From: an uncultured Chloroflexia bacterium
GTDB lineage: Bacteria > Chloroflexota > Anaerolineae > CG2-30-64-16
NCBI GenBank assembly: GCA_963774265.1
Contig: CAVZDU010000003.1
Location: 448,001 to 512,000 of the forward strand
Direction: 5' to 3'
DNA length: 64,000 nt
The notes under the pieces: model-generated
Told to the model about the DNA's origin: nothing
What the model saw: only the letters and a program-made list of their open reading frames with translations
Databases searched by the model: none
Made by a program: the position numbers and the translations under genes
Shown: piece by piece, positions 11,202-20,458 of the stretch
Layout: every line of letters starts with the position of its first letter
Numbering within the stretch: position 1 is the first letter of the stretch

Positions 11202-11227
11202 CGAACTTCGATTCGAACTTCGGATCG
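11202..11227. promoter_or_regulatory. tandem 12-bp repeats resembling LexA (GAAC-N4-GTTC) boxes
   Basis: CGAAC-TTCG-ATTCG at 11202-11215 and CGAAC-TTCG-GATCG at 11214-11227, upstream of the RHH-primase operon. Confidence 0.45.
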
Positions 11228-11231
11228 ACTT

Positions 11232-12020
11232 TCAGTCTTCGGTGTCGTCCCGTAGATGTTCAGGCCACAACTCGGTAAACTCGGCCCAGGAGATCGGCTT
11301 GCGCGTTTGCCAGAGATGGGCGACACGCTTGGGAATCCACACGGTGACGGTTTCGTAGGTCAGGCCTTCGTCCTGCCAGGCAGTTGAGAATGGGAGCCTC
11401 ACGCCGGCCTGGCGTTTCTCCCACATCGCACGCATCTTGATCCGCGAGTCACGGTAGGGCCCGCGCCTCCGCGTTACCTCTTCCGAGCGCAAGGCGGCCG
11501 GCACCTGATCGGAAGCCACGTCCCCCTCCGCATCGCCGAACGCCAGATCCAGGCTTTCCTTCACGCGTTCCTTGCGTTCCGTTTCGTAGGTCTGCCAGAC
11601 CGGCCCGATCGCGGGATAGTGTGCCTGCAACTCCTTCAGCAGGCTCACGAAAATGTTCAGCACGGGCAGAAGCTGCTCGGAGCAGCTCGCCCTCACGTAA
11701 GTCTCGCGACCCAGTGCGGCGAACCGGAACCGCATCACCGGCCCCAGGTGCTCTATCTTTGGCTCATATCTCTCAGTCACGACCTCCGGCGCCCAGTCCG
11801 CCGGGATGGAAACAGTCGTTCTCCGGACTGCCGCCACCACAATCTCGACACGCACAACCGGCACAGCGCGGTGGCTCACCTTGGGCGCTGACAGGAACAA
11901 CTCAACCTGATAGTCTTCCCTGTGACCGCCCACGGTCCGGGGCGGCAGCGCCTCCATGAACCAGGCTTCCACGGCGTAAACGTCGTCCGGAATCGTGAAG
12001 TCGACCACCGTTGCTGCCAT
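11232..12020 (-). CDS. hypothetical protein, possible C-terminal DNA-binding domain
   Basis: Intact 262-aa ORF with a GGAGG RBS and its own TTGCGC-17-TATAAT promoter; basic helical C-terminus; family not recognised. Confidence 0.55.
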   Translation of the reverse strand: MAATVVDFTIPDDVYAVEAWFMEALPPRTVGGHREDYQVELFLSAPKVSHRAVPVVRVEIVVAAVRRTTVSIPADWAPEVVTERYEPKIEHLGPVMRFRFAALGRETYVRASCSEQLLPVLNIFVSLLKELQAHYPAIGPVWQTYETERKERVKESLDLAFGDAEGDVASDQVPAALRSEEVTRRRGPYRDSRIKMRAMWEKRQAGVRLPFSTAWQDEGLTYETVTVWIPKRVAHLWQTRKPISWAEFTELWPEHLRDDTED

Positions 12021-12052
12021 CGCTTTCCTCCCGCCGTGAGTTACGACAGGGC

Positions 12053-12147
12053 ATTATAGAATATGCGTTCGCTCGGCGCAAGCAGGGCCTCCGGATTTGA
12101 CATCCGGCCATCTGTTCTGTTATACTTCGCAGAAGAACAAAGATTCT
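12053..12147. promoter_or_regulatory. divergent sigma70 promoters with LexA-like boxes
   Basis: Leftward TTGCGC (12081-12076), 17 nt, TATAAT (12058-12053); rightward TTGACA (12097-12102), 18 nt, TATACT (12121-12126) with TG extension; AGAAT-ATGC-GTTCG at 12058-12071 and AGAAC-AAAG-ATTCT at 12134-12147. Confidence 0.7.
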
Positions 12148-12169
12148 ATTTCATCGAAGGAGACATCGC

Positions 12170-12583
12170 ATGGCAATGTCAAGCACGACTGTTTGGACCA
12201 GGGGGTTCAGCGAGAACCCCGCGGGCGCGCCCCTCAGGCTGAAGTCGATCATTGAAATGCTGGACCATATCGGCGACGAATGGGTGACCCTGCCCGGCGG
12301 CGCGCCTGCCGGGGACGCCGGCACAGGCAACCCCGCCGGGGGCGTCGACCAGGGTCGCGCCATGACCCGCCGGGAGCTCCTGGCACGCGTGCTGTGGACG
12401 CGCGCGATCATGGACGCCGACGGTGCGGCCACCAGGCTCATCATCGAGTACCTCGACGGCAAGCCGGATGAGTGGGGAGAAACAACCGGCGAGGCGCCAA
12501 GGTTCTGCGCCGACGACTACGCGCTGGCCGAGGCGCTGCTGCGGGAGGGCTCAGGCAGTGACGGCTCCGACTTCTCCCGATAA
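12170..12583 (+). CDS. putative terminase small subunit (DUF5681-like)
   Basis: N-terminal WTRGFSENPAGAP resembles the FxKGQSGNPxGRP motif; helical LARVLWTRAIM..ATRLIIEYLDGKP; overlaps the terminase large subunit. Confidence 0.6.
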   Translation: MAMSSTTVWTRGFSENPAGAPLRLKSIIEMLDHIGDEWVTLPGGAPAGDAGTGNPAGGVDQGRAMTRRELLARVLWTRAIMDADGAATRLIIEYLDGKPDEWGETTGEAPRFCADDYALAEALLREGSGSDGSDFSR

Positions 12584-14172
12584 GCGCCGGCGGCGCCACG
12601 TGCCGGGCGCGGGCGCAGCGGTCCTGCGGACTTCGCAAGTCTCACAGGGATCGTTCCCAATGCCCGGCGCGTCCCCGGATGGCGGCTCGTATGGGGATCA
12701 GGCCCTCTGGCTGGCCTGCTCGCGGTCGCCCGCCTGCTTCCTCGACCGCTTCGGCCATGTCTACGATCCGCTGGCGCGCGGCTGGACGCGCTTCCGCCTC
12801 TGGCCGGCCCAGGTGCGGGCCCTGGAGCAGCTCGCGTCCCACCGCCTGGCCGTCGTCCTCAAGGCGCGCCAGCTCGGCATGTCGTGGCTGACGGTCGGTT
12901 TTGGGCTCTGGCAGATGCTCTTCCGCCCCGAAGCCACCGTGCTGCTCTTCTCGCAGCGCGACGATGAGGCGGTCCACCTGTTGACCTTCCGGCTGCGCGG
13001 CATGTACGACCGCTTGCCGCCCCTCTTCCAGGCGCGCACGGTCGTGCGCGACAACGCCCACGAGCTCCGCCTGTCCAACGGCTCGGCCGCGCTGGCGTTC
13101 CCGACCACCGGCGGCCGCTCCTACACCGCCTCGCTGGCGATCGTGGATGAGGCCGATCACACCGACGACCTCGACGGGCTGCTCAATGCGGTCAAGCCGA
13201 CCATCGACGCCGGCGGCCGGCTGGTGCTCCTGTCCACCGTCGACAAGTCCCGGCCCGAGTCGCCGCTCAAGCGGATCTACCGGGCCGCCGTGGCCGGCGA
13301 GAATGACTATACGCCGATCTTCCTGCCCTGGCACGCGCACCCCGGCCGCAGCCCCGCCTGGTACGCCGAGCAGGCGCGCGACATCCAGGCACGCACCGGC
13401 GGGCTGGATGACCTGCACCAGGAGTACCCGGCCACCGACCTGGAAGCGCTGGCCCCGCGCGCTGGACAAGTTCTTCCCGGCAGAATGGCTGAACCGATGC
13501 TACGAGCCATTGAAGATTGAGGGAAATCTGCAATCTTCGATTTTCAATCTTCAATCACTCACCGTCCACGTGCCGCCGCAGCCCGACCACCACTACGTGA
13601 TCGGCGCGGACCCGGCGGAGGGCAACCCGCAGAGCGATGAGAGCGCCGCGGTGGTGCTGGACTATGCCACCGGCGAGCAGGTGGCGACGATGGGGCTGCG
13701 CTGCGATCCGGAGATGTTCGCCGTACACCTGGACCGCCTGGCCGCGGCCTATGCAAGCCTCGCCGAGCACGGCGGCGAAGCCGAAATCATGGTCGAGCGT
13801 AACAACCACGGCCATGCCGTGATCCTTGCGCTGCGCCAGCTCGGCGCACTGCTGCTGCGCGGGTTGGATGGCGAACGCGGCTGGACCACCACCGGCTCCA
13901 GCAAACACCAGCTGTTTGATTGGGCGGCGAAGGACATCCGCGAAGGCGGGCTGAAACTGCACGATGAGACCACCTACTGGCAGCTCACCTCGATCGACGG
14001 CGCCACGCTGGCTGCGCCGCCGGGGCAACACGACGACCGGGCGATGGCGTGCGTGCTGGCGCTCGAAGCCCTGCGCAGGGCGGGCGGACCGAACCGGGTC
14101 CTGTCGCTCATGATCCCGGGGGTGGACCCGATAGAGGTGGCCGACCGAACCCCGTGGGGAGAGAAGTGGTAG
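12558..14172 (+). CDS. phage terminase large subunit, one frameshift near 13460
   Basis: FRLWPAQ adenine-binding motif, VLKARQLGMSW Walker A, AIVDEA Walker B, LLSTV coupling motif, YVIGADPAEG and VERNNHG nuclease motifs, HDDRAMA end; start uncertain (GTG 12558 has GGAGG). Confidence 0.88.
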
Positions 14173-14316
14173 AGGGCGTTCTCAGTGCTGGGATAGTGTC
14201 ACATTTGTGATTTTATTGTAACTATGATAGGCTCTGCCGCGCAAAGGAGAATCGTCGGCGCGACGGCGGCTCGTGCAACCGCATAGCGCGTGTGTTACGC
14301 AGAAGGAGCGCTTGCG

Positions 14317-16377
14317 ATGTCATTGACGCGACGTGCCATTGGCTTCCGGGCCGTGGCTGCGGTGCTGGTTGTCGCGGCCCTGTGTGTCACCGCCTGCTCC
14401 GCGCCCGCCACTCCTGTGCCATCCACACCAACACCGCGCGACTACTGGCCAACGGCCGGCTGGCAAACCGCGCCCGCCGGCCAGCACGGCTTGGACGAGG
14501 CGAAACTGGCGGCGCTCGAGCCGGAGATTGCTGCGGAATTGCCGTTCCTCAACAGTCTGCTGATCGTCCGTGACGGGCGTCTTGTGTACGAAACTTACTC
14601 AAACGGTCAGGACGCTGCGTCGCTGAACGAAATCCGGTCGGTGACCAAGAGCGTCACGTCGATGCTGGCCGGTATCGCGCAGGCACGCGGGGAGTTGGGT
14701 GGGCCGGACGTATCTTTGTCTCAGGTTGCGCCGACGCTTTTTGCCGGCTCCCAACACGCCGATAAGCAGAAGCTGACCCTACGCGAACTGCTCATGATGC
14801 GCTCTGGCGTGCAGTGGGATGACATCACCGCGGAGAAGTTGATCGCCGCCAACGGGGTACCTGCCTACCTGCAGCAGGACATTGTCGGTGTTGCCTTGGA
14901 TCAGCCCATGGTCCATAAGCCCGGAACCACCTGGAACTACAGCACGCTCGACACGCAGCTGGCCGCTGCGCTGCTCGAAAGCGCGACCGGACGGTCCTTG
15001 AAGGAGTATGCAGCCGAACGCCTTTTCGCACCGTTGGGCATCAGCACCTTTGACTGGCAAAGCGACCGTGTCGGCCATACGGTGGGCGGCGGCCAACTGC
15101 GCCTCACGGCGCGCGACATGGCAAAACTGGGCTACCTGTATCTGAACCGCGGCACGTGGGATGGGCGGCAGCTCGTCCCGCCCGACTGGGTCCGGCAGAC
15201 CACCACGCCCCAGGCGACCGGCGTCTATTCTGCGACCGGCCAGACGATACCGATCGATTGGTACGGGATGGGTTGGTGGACCTGGAAACCGCAGCTTTTC
15301 GGCGGCCAGCGCGCGATTGCCGCGCGGGGCTATGGCGGGCAAGGCATCATCTTGCTCCCGGATCAGGACATGATCATTGTAACGACCGCCGATTCGGTCG
15401 TGGCGCCCGAGCAAGCGAGTGCCCAGGACTCCCGAGTCTACGACCTGGTCAAAGATCGTGTGATACCGGCAATTGCCGACCTGCGTCCGCCCGATCCGTT
15501 CTGGGCGGTTCCGGCCTCGGCGTCGCCCCCGCACCCAGCTCTCTACCTGGCCGGCGCGGACGGCCGCGGCCAGCGCAGCATTTTGCAGGACCCGGAGTAC
15601 GGTTTCTGGGGTCCGTCATGGTCGCCTGACGGCAAGCAGATCGTGTTTTCCCGCATCATCCCTGCCGTGGAAATGCCGGGCAACCCTGTCGCCGAGCTGT
15701 TTATCGCCGACGCCGACGGCAAGAACGTGCGGCAGTTGACGAAGAGCGGTCGCAACAACTACCTGGTGGCCTGGGCGCCAGATGGACGCGCGCTGGCCTA
15801 CCTTTCCGGCAGTGGCGACGCAGCGGAAATCTACGCGAAGGATATCGAGAGCGGCCCGGAAACCCGGCTGACAACCAACTCAGCCCAGGAATACGGCATC
15901 ACCTGGTCGCCGGATGGGCAGAAGATCGCGTTCGGGACGAAGCGCGACGGTGATTGGGGCATCTACACGATGAATTCCGACGGCACGGGCCAGCAGCCTC
16001 TGCCCACTCCCGCCGCCGGCAATTCGCCCGCTTGGTCGCCGGACGGCCGCCACATTGCCTTTATGTCGGAGCGTAACGGCGATGCTGAGATATTCGTGAT
16101 GGACGCCGACGGTGGCAACCAGCGCCTCGTGCTCGGGGGTGATGGGTGGGATTATCTGCCGGCCTGGTCACCGGATGGCAGGCGCATTGCATTCTCGTCG
16201 ACGCGCGGCGGCGACGCCGCAGTCTACGTTGCGGCGGCCGATGGCAGCGGCGTTGCCAGGGTCAGCAGTCGTGACCTCGTCGCAGAATTCGAATCCTGGT
16301 CACCTGATGCGACACGGCTGGTATTTCACGCGACTCCGAAACCGAAGGGCGGCCTTTTCGGATTGTTCGGCCGCTGA
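14317..16377 (+). CDS. lipoprotein: serine hydrolase (class C beta-lactamase fold) fused to a TolB-like PD40 beta-propeller
   Basis: Lipobox VTAC, SVTK catalytic motif, WNYS, ARDMAKLG, ARGYGGQ, then six WSPDG-type repeats. Confidence 0.85.
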   Translation: MSLTRRAIGFRAVAAVLVVAALCVTACSAPATPVPSTPTPRDYWPTAGWQTAPAGQHGLDEAKLAALEPEIAAELPFLNSLLIVRDGRLVYETYSNGQDAASLNEIRSVTKSVTSMLAGIAQARGELGGPDVSLSQVAPTLFAGSQHADKQKLTLRELLMMRSGVQWDDITAEKLIAANGVPAYLQQDIVGVALDQPMVHKPGTTWNYSTLDTQLAAALLESATGRSLKEYAAERLFAPLGISTFDWQSDRVGHTVGGGQLRLTARDMAKLGYLYLNRGTWDGRQLVPPDWVRQTTTPQATGVYSATGQTIPIDWYGMGWWTWKPQLFGGQRAIAARGYGGQGIILLPDQDMIIVTTADSVVAPEQASAQDSRVYDLVKDRVIPAIADLRPPDPFWAVPASASPPHPALYLAGADGRGQRSILQDPEYGFWGPSWSPDGKQIVFSRIIPAVEMPGNPVAELFIADADGKNVRQLTKSGRNNYLVAWAPDGRALAYLSGSGDAAEIYAKDIESGPETRLTTNSAQEYGITWSPDGQKIAFGTKRDGDWGIYTMNSDGTGQQPLPTPAAGNSPAWSPDGRHIAFMSERNGDAEIFVMDADGGNQRLVLGGDGWDYLPAWSPDGRRIAFSSTRGGDAAVYVAAADGSGVARVSSRDLVAEFESWSPDATRLVFHATPKPKGGLFGLFGR

Positions 16378-16418
16378 ACAGGGGGATGGCCCCGGTACTC
16401 GCAAGGAAGATCGACACG

Positions 16419-19378
16419 ATGCCTGACATCTTTGTAGGACGTGAACGAGAACTGCGGGCGCTGGCGGGTTTTCTCGAGCGCACGCTGGCGGGACAGGCCC
16501 AGGTCGCCTTTGTCGCGGGCGAAGCCGGTGTCGGGCAAATCCTCTCTCGTCGACGAGTTCGTGCGCCGCGCCGAGGAGGCGAACCCAGACGTCATCGCGG
16601 CCACCGGCGAGTGCAACGCGCAGACCGGCGCGGGCGATCCGTACCTGCCGTTTCGCCAGGTGCTGGCCGAACTCACCGGCGCCGGCGACTCGAAACGGAC
16701 GGGCGGCGGGTTCGCCGCGACCAATGCCTCGCGCCTCAAGGAGTTCGTGCGCGTCTCGGGCGAGACCCTGCTCTCGGTCGGCCCGGACCTGATCGGGGTT
16801 TTTGTCCCCGGCGCGGCGCTCCTGGCCAAGCTCGCGACCACCGTCGCCAAGCAGAGCAAGCTGGCCGACACGTTGGCCGAGCGGGTGAAGGCCGGCCGGG
16901 GCGGCGCCGCCGACCCGTCCCTGGACCAAGAGAGGATCTTCGAGCAGTACGCGCAGGTGTTGGCCGCCCTCAGCCGGCAGCGGCCGCTCATCCTGATCCT
17001 CGACGACCTCCACTGGGCGGACAGCGCCTCGCTGAGTCTGCTGTTCCACCTCCAGCGTCAACTGGCCGGACAGCCGCGTGCTGATCGTGGGCACCTATCG
17101 CCCCGACGACATCGCATTAGGCCGTATTTCGGCGACATCGGGACGAGTCGAGCGCCATCCGTTCGAGCCCATCCTCAACGAGATCAAGCGGTATGCGGGC
17201 GATGTGGTGATTGACCTCGGCGCCGCGCAGATCGATGAGGGCCGGGCGCTCGTCGACGCGCTGGTGGATGCCGAGCCTAACCGGCTCGACGCGGGCTTCC
17301 GCCAGGAGTTGTATGCTCGCACCGAAGGCCACCCGCTCTTCACGGTCGAACTACTGCGCACCCTCGAGGAGCGCGGCGACCTGATCAAAGATGCCGGCGG
17401 GCGTTGGGTGCAAGCTGCATCGCTGGATTGGGAGACCCTGCCCGCCCGCGTGGAAGGTGTGATTGCGGAACGACTTGCCCGGCTGACGGACGAAGCGCGC
17501 GAGACGTTGACCGTCGGCAGCGTGATGGGTCGCGAGTTCGCCGCCCAGGTCATCGCCCAGGTGCAGGATGCGCCGGAGCGCGAGGTGGTCAAGCTGCTCG
17601 CACGCGATTTGGAGAATCGGCATCACCTGGTGTCGGAGACGGGCGAAGTGCGTATCGGCAAACGTTTTCTGTCCTGGTATCGCTTTGCGCACGCGCTGTT
17701 CCAGCAATACCTCTACGATGAGTTGAGCGCGGGTGAGCGCCGCCTGTTGCACGGTGATGTCGGCAGGGTGCTCGAGACCTGGTATGCGGATCGCACCGGC
17801 GAGATTTCGGCGCAGCTGGCGCAGCATTTTCAGGAGGCGGGCGAGGATGAGAAGGCGGTCGCGTATCTGATCCAGGCGGGCGACGCCGCGTTCGGGGCCT
17901 ACGCTCAAGCCGAAGCGGCAGCTTATTACTCGCGCGCACTCGAGCTGGAGCGGTCGGGCGCGGCCACGGACGCCCAACACCTACACCTCTACACGCGGCG
18001 CGGCCGTGCGCTGGAACTATCGGAGCACTACGACCTGGCGTTGGCGAACTATGAAGAGATGCAGGCGTTGGCGCAGGCGCGTCGCGATCGCAGCCTCGAG
18101 TTGGAGGCGCTCATGTTGCGCGCGCTCGCCTACGCTGTCGGGTCGCGCGTGTGGGACTTGGACAAAGCGCAGGCCCTGGCACTCGATGCGCTCGCGCTGG
18201 CAGGTGACCTGGGCGATCGTGCCGCCGAAGCCAGGGTTCATTGGATTCTGCTCCTGGTCAATCGCTTCGGCAACGAGGGCGCAGCGAAAGCGGTCGAGTA
18301 CGGCGAGCGATCGCTGGCGCTGGCGCGCGAATTCGGGCCGAAGCAGCAGCTGGCGTTCACACTGAAGGATCTGGCGGTTGCATACGTCATGGTCTCGCGC
18401 TTCGCTGAGGCGCGGGCCATTTTGCCTGAAGCGATCAGCCTCTGGCGCGAGTTGGACAACAAGCCGATGCTGGCCGAAGCCCTTGGTGGGCAAGCCGCCC
18501 AGAGTTTTGGCTCTGGCGACTTCGACGAGGCCGTCCATGCGGGTGAAGAATCTTATGCGCTCAATCAAAGTATCCGCAATCGCTTCGGGCTGGTGATCAC
18601 CGCGAGCTTTGGCTGTTTGGCGTATGAGGAGCTTGGTCAGATGGACATGGCGATTCGGCGAGCCCAGGAGGCGGTCGCCATCGGTGAGGAACTGGGTCTC
18701 CGTGCGGGGCCGCATTGGGCGGTGCTTGTCGAACTGGCAGCCATGGTTGGCTTCTTGGGCGATTTCGCGCGGGCCATCGAGTACGCCGAGCGTGCGATCG
18801 CGACGAGCGCCCCTGAAATACCCGCTCGGGTGATGTATCCGAAAGCGGTTCTGGCCAGTCTGTATCTGCAACGGGGTCAGCGCGCCGAGGCGGAAGCGTT
18901 GCTGGCGTCCGCTGAGGCCATGCCGGTTGAAGGCTTCCTGGAAGCCACTGGTGCTGTGTCCGCTCAACCTGTGTTCGCGCACGCCGAACTTGCGCTCGCG
19001 CAAAACGATCCGGAGCGCGCGCTGACGCTGATGGACGATGTGATCGAGTCGGTGGGCCGCATCGGAACTCTGGTCCTATTGCCGCCAGCACACCATTTGC
19101 GGGCCAAGGCGCTGTGGGCGCTCGGTCGCCCAGACGAAGCACGCGCGGTGCTGCAGGATGCGCGCGTCCGGGCCGAGGCGATGCAGGCGCGTTATCGCCT
19201 GTTGCCGATCCTCATGACCCTGCGCGAGTTGGAGCTCGAGCTCGGTCGCCCGGCGGAGGCGGAGGCCGTCCGCATCGAAGCGCGGGAGGTTGCCGCGTAC
19301 ATCGCGGAGCACTCCCCGGACGATTTGCGCCCATTGTTTCTCAGCTTGCCGGCGGTGCGCGCTGTGATGGGCGCCTAA
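16419..19378 (+). CDS. STAND-class ATPase (AAA_16) with TPR repeats, frameshifted
   Basis: FVGREREL, GEAGVGKS, LILDDLHWAD, TEGHPLF, YRFAHAL and long TPR-like helices. Confidence 0.85.
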
Positions 19379-19487
19379 TCGTGGAACAGGGTCATCTGCC
19401 AGGAAGACATTCAGCCAAGCTATTGTCGCCCCTCTATGCACCCGGGATGCCGAGCATGGTGCGAACAACGGAGGCCAGCGGAGTCTG

Positions 19488-19635
19488 CTTCATGCCCGCG
19501 GCCCGGGCCGCCTCGATCAGGTTCCGGTTGCCCTGGCGATCCACCGTATCCACCTGATCCTCAGCGCCGCGCATCGCCGAGTTGGCGGTGATGATGACGG
19601 TCTCGATCCCAGCACAGGCCGGGCCGAGCGTTGCG
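19488..19635 (-). pseudogene. internal fragment of an NmrA/atypical SDR NAD(P)-binding protein
   Basis: Minus strand reads TLGPACAGIETVIITANSAMRGAEDQVDTVDRQGNRNLIEAARAAGMKQ, with no start and no C-terminus. Confidence 0.6.
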
Positions 19636-19654
19636 CGCTCCTTTCTCCTTCCTC

Positions 19655-20326
19655 TTAACGCTCGCGACTTTCCAACACCCGGTCGAACGCGTCCTCCTCC
19701 AGAGCGGACAGCGTCGGTGCGGTCAAATCCGCCCGGAGGCTGGCGTGTCGTGGGCCGACGCCGATGCAGCGCATGCCCGCCCGCCGCGCGGCTTCGATGC
19801 CGGCCGGCGCATCTTCCACCACGATGCAGCGATAGACCGGTACGGCGAGCCGCTTTGCTGCGGTCAGGAACACCTCGGGGTCGGGCTTACCCCGCACCAC
19901 ATCCTCTGCAGTGATAACCGCCGTGAAGATGCTGGTGATGCCCAGCACCTCCAGGGTCGTATCCACGTTGAGGCGCGGGGCTGAGGTGGCCAGCGCCTGG
20001 CGCCATCCCCCGGCAGCCAGGCGGCCCAGCCACATCTCGACGCCCGGCAGCAGCTCGATCCCACGCTTGCGCACCAGCCGGCGGTAGCGCTCCTCTTTCG
20101 CGTCGCTGATGCGTGCGAGGTCGGCGCGGGCCACGGCTGGGCCAAGCCAGGCTGCCAGCGTGGCATCGTTGCGCTGCCCGAACGTTGCGTCGAACTGCTC
20201 CCGGCTGAGTGCGAAGCCTTCGCCGGCCAGCACCTCGCGCCACGCGAGCCAGTGCAGCTCGCGCGAGTCGAGGAGGGTGCCGTCAAGATCCCAGAGGACG
20301 GCCAGGGCTAAATGGGGTTGTGTCAT
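19655..20326 (-). CDS. HAD-family phosphatase (beta-phosphoglucomutase-like)
   Basis: WDLDGTLLDS, ATSA, GKPDPEVF and VEDAPAGIEAA. Confidence 0.9.
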   Translation of the reverse strand: MTQPHLALAVLWDLDGTLLDSRELHWLAWREVLAGEGFALSREQFDATFGQRNDATLAAWLGPAVARADLARISDAKEERYRRLVRKRGIELLPGVEMWLGRLAAGGWRQALATSAPRLNVDTTLEVLGITSIFTAVITAEDVVRGKPDPEVFLTAAKRLAVPVYRCIVVEDAPAGIEAARRAGMRCIGVGPRHASLRADLTAPTLSALEEDAFDRVLESRER

Positions 20327-20458
20327 CTATACCACCATGGATAGATTTCGGGTCCACGATCATCATACCCGCGACCCGTTGCCCGCACAACTCGATCTTG
20401 TCCGCGTTGTGTTACAATAGCCCACGCCATTGACGATACTTCAGGAGGATGACTTCGT

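Noticed and set aside
8759-14172. Complete prophage or canonical PICI
   Set aside because: No integrase, att repeats, portal, capsid, tail or lysis genes visible in or next to the module.
14317-16377. Beta-lactam resistance gene
   Set aside because: It has an SxxK/YS/ARG pattern of amidase/esterase-like family members rather than AmpC YxN/KTG.
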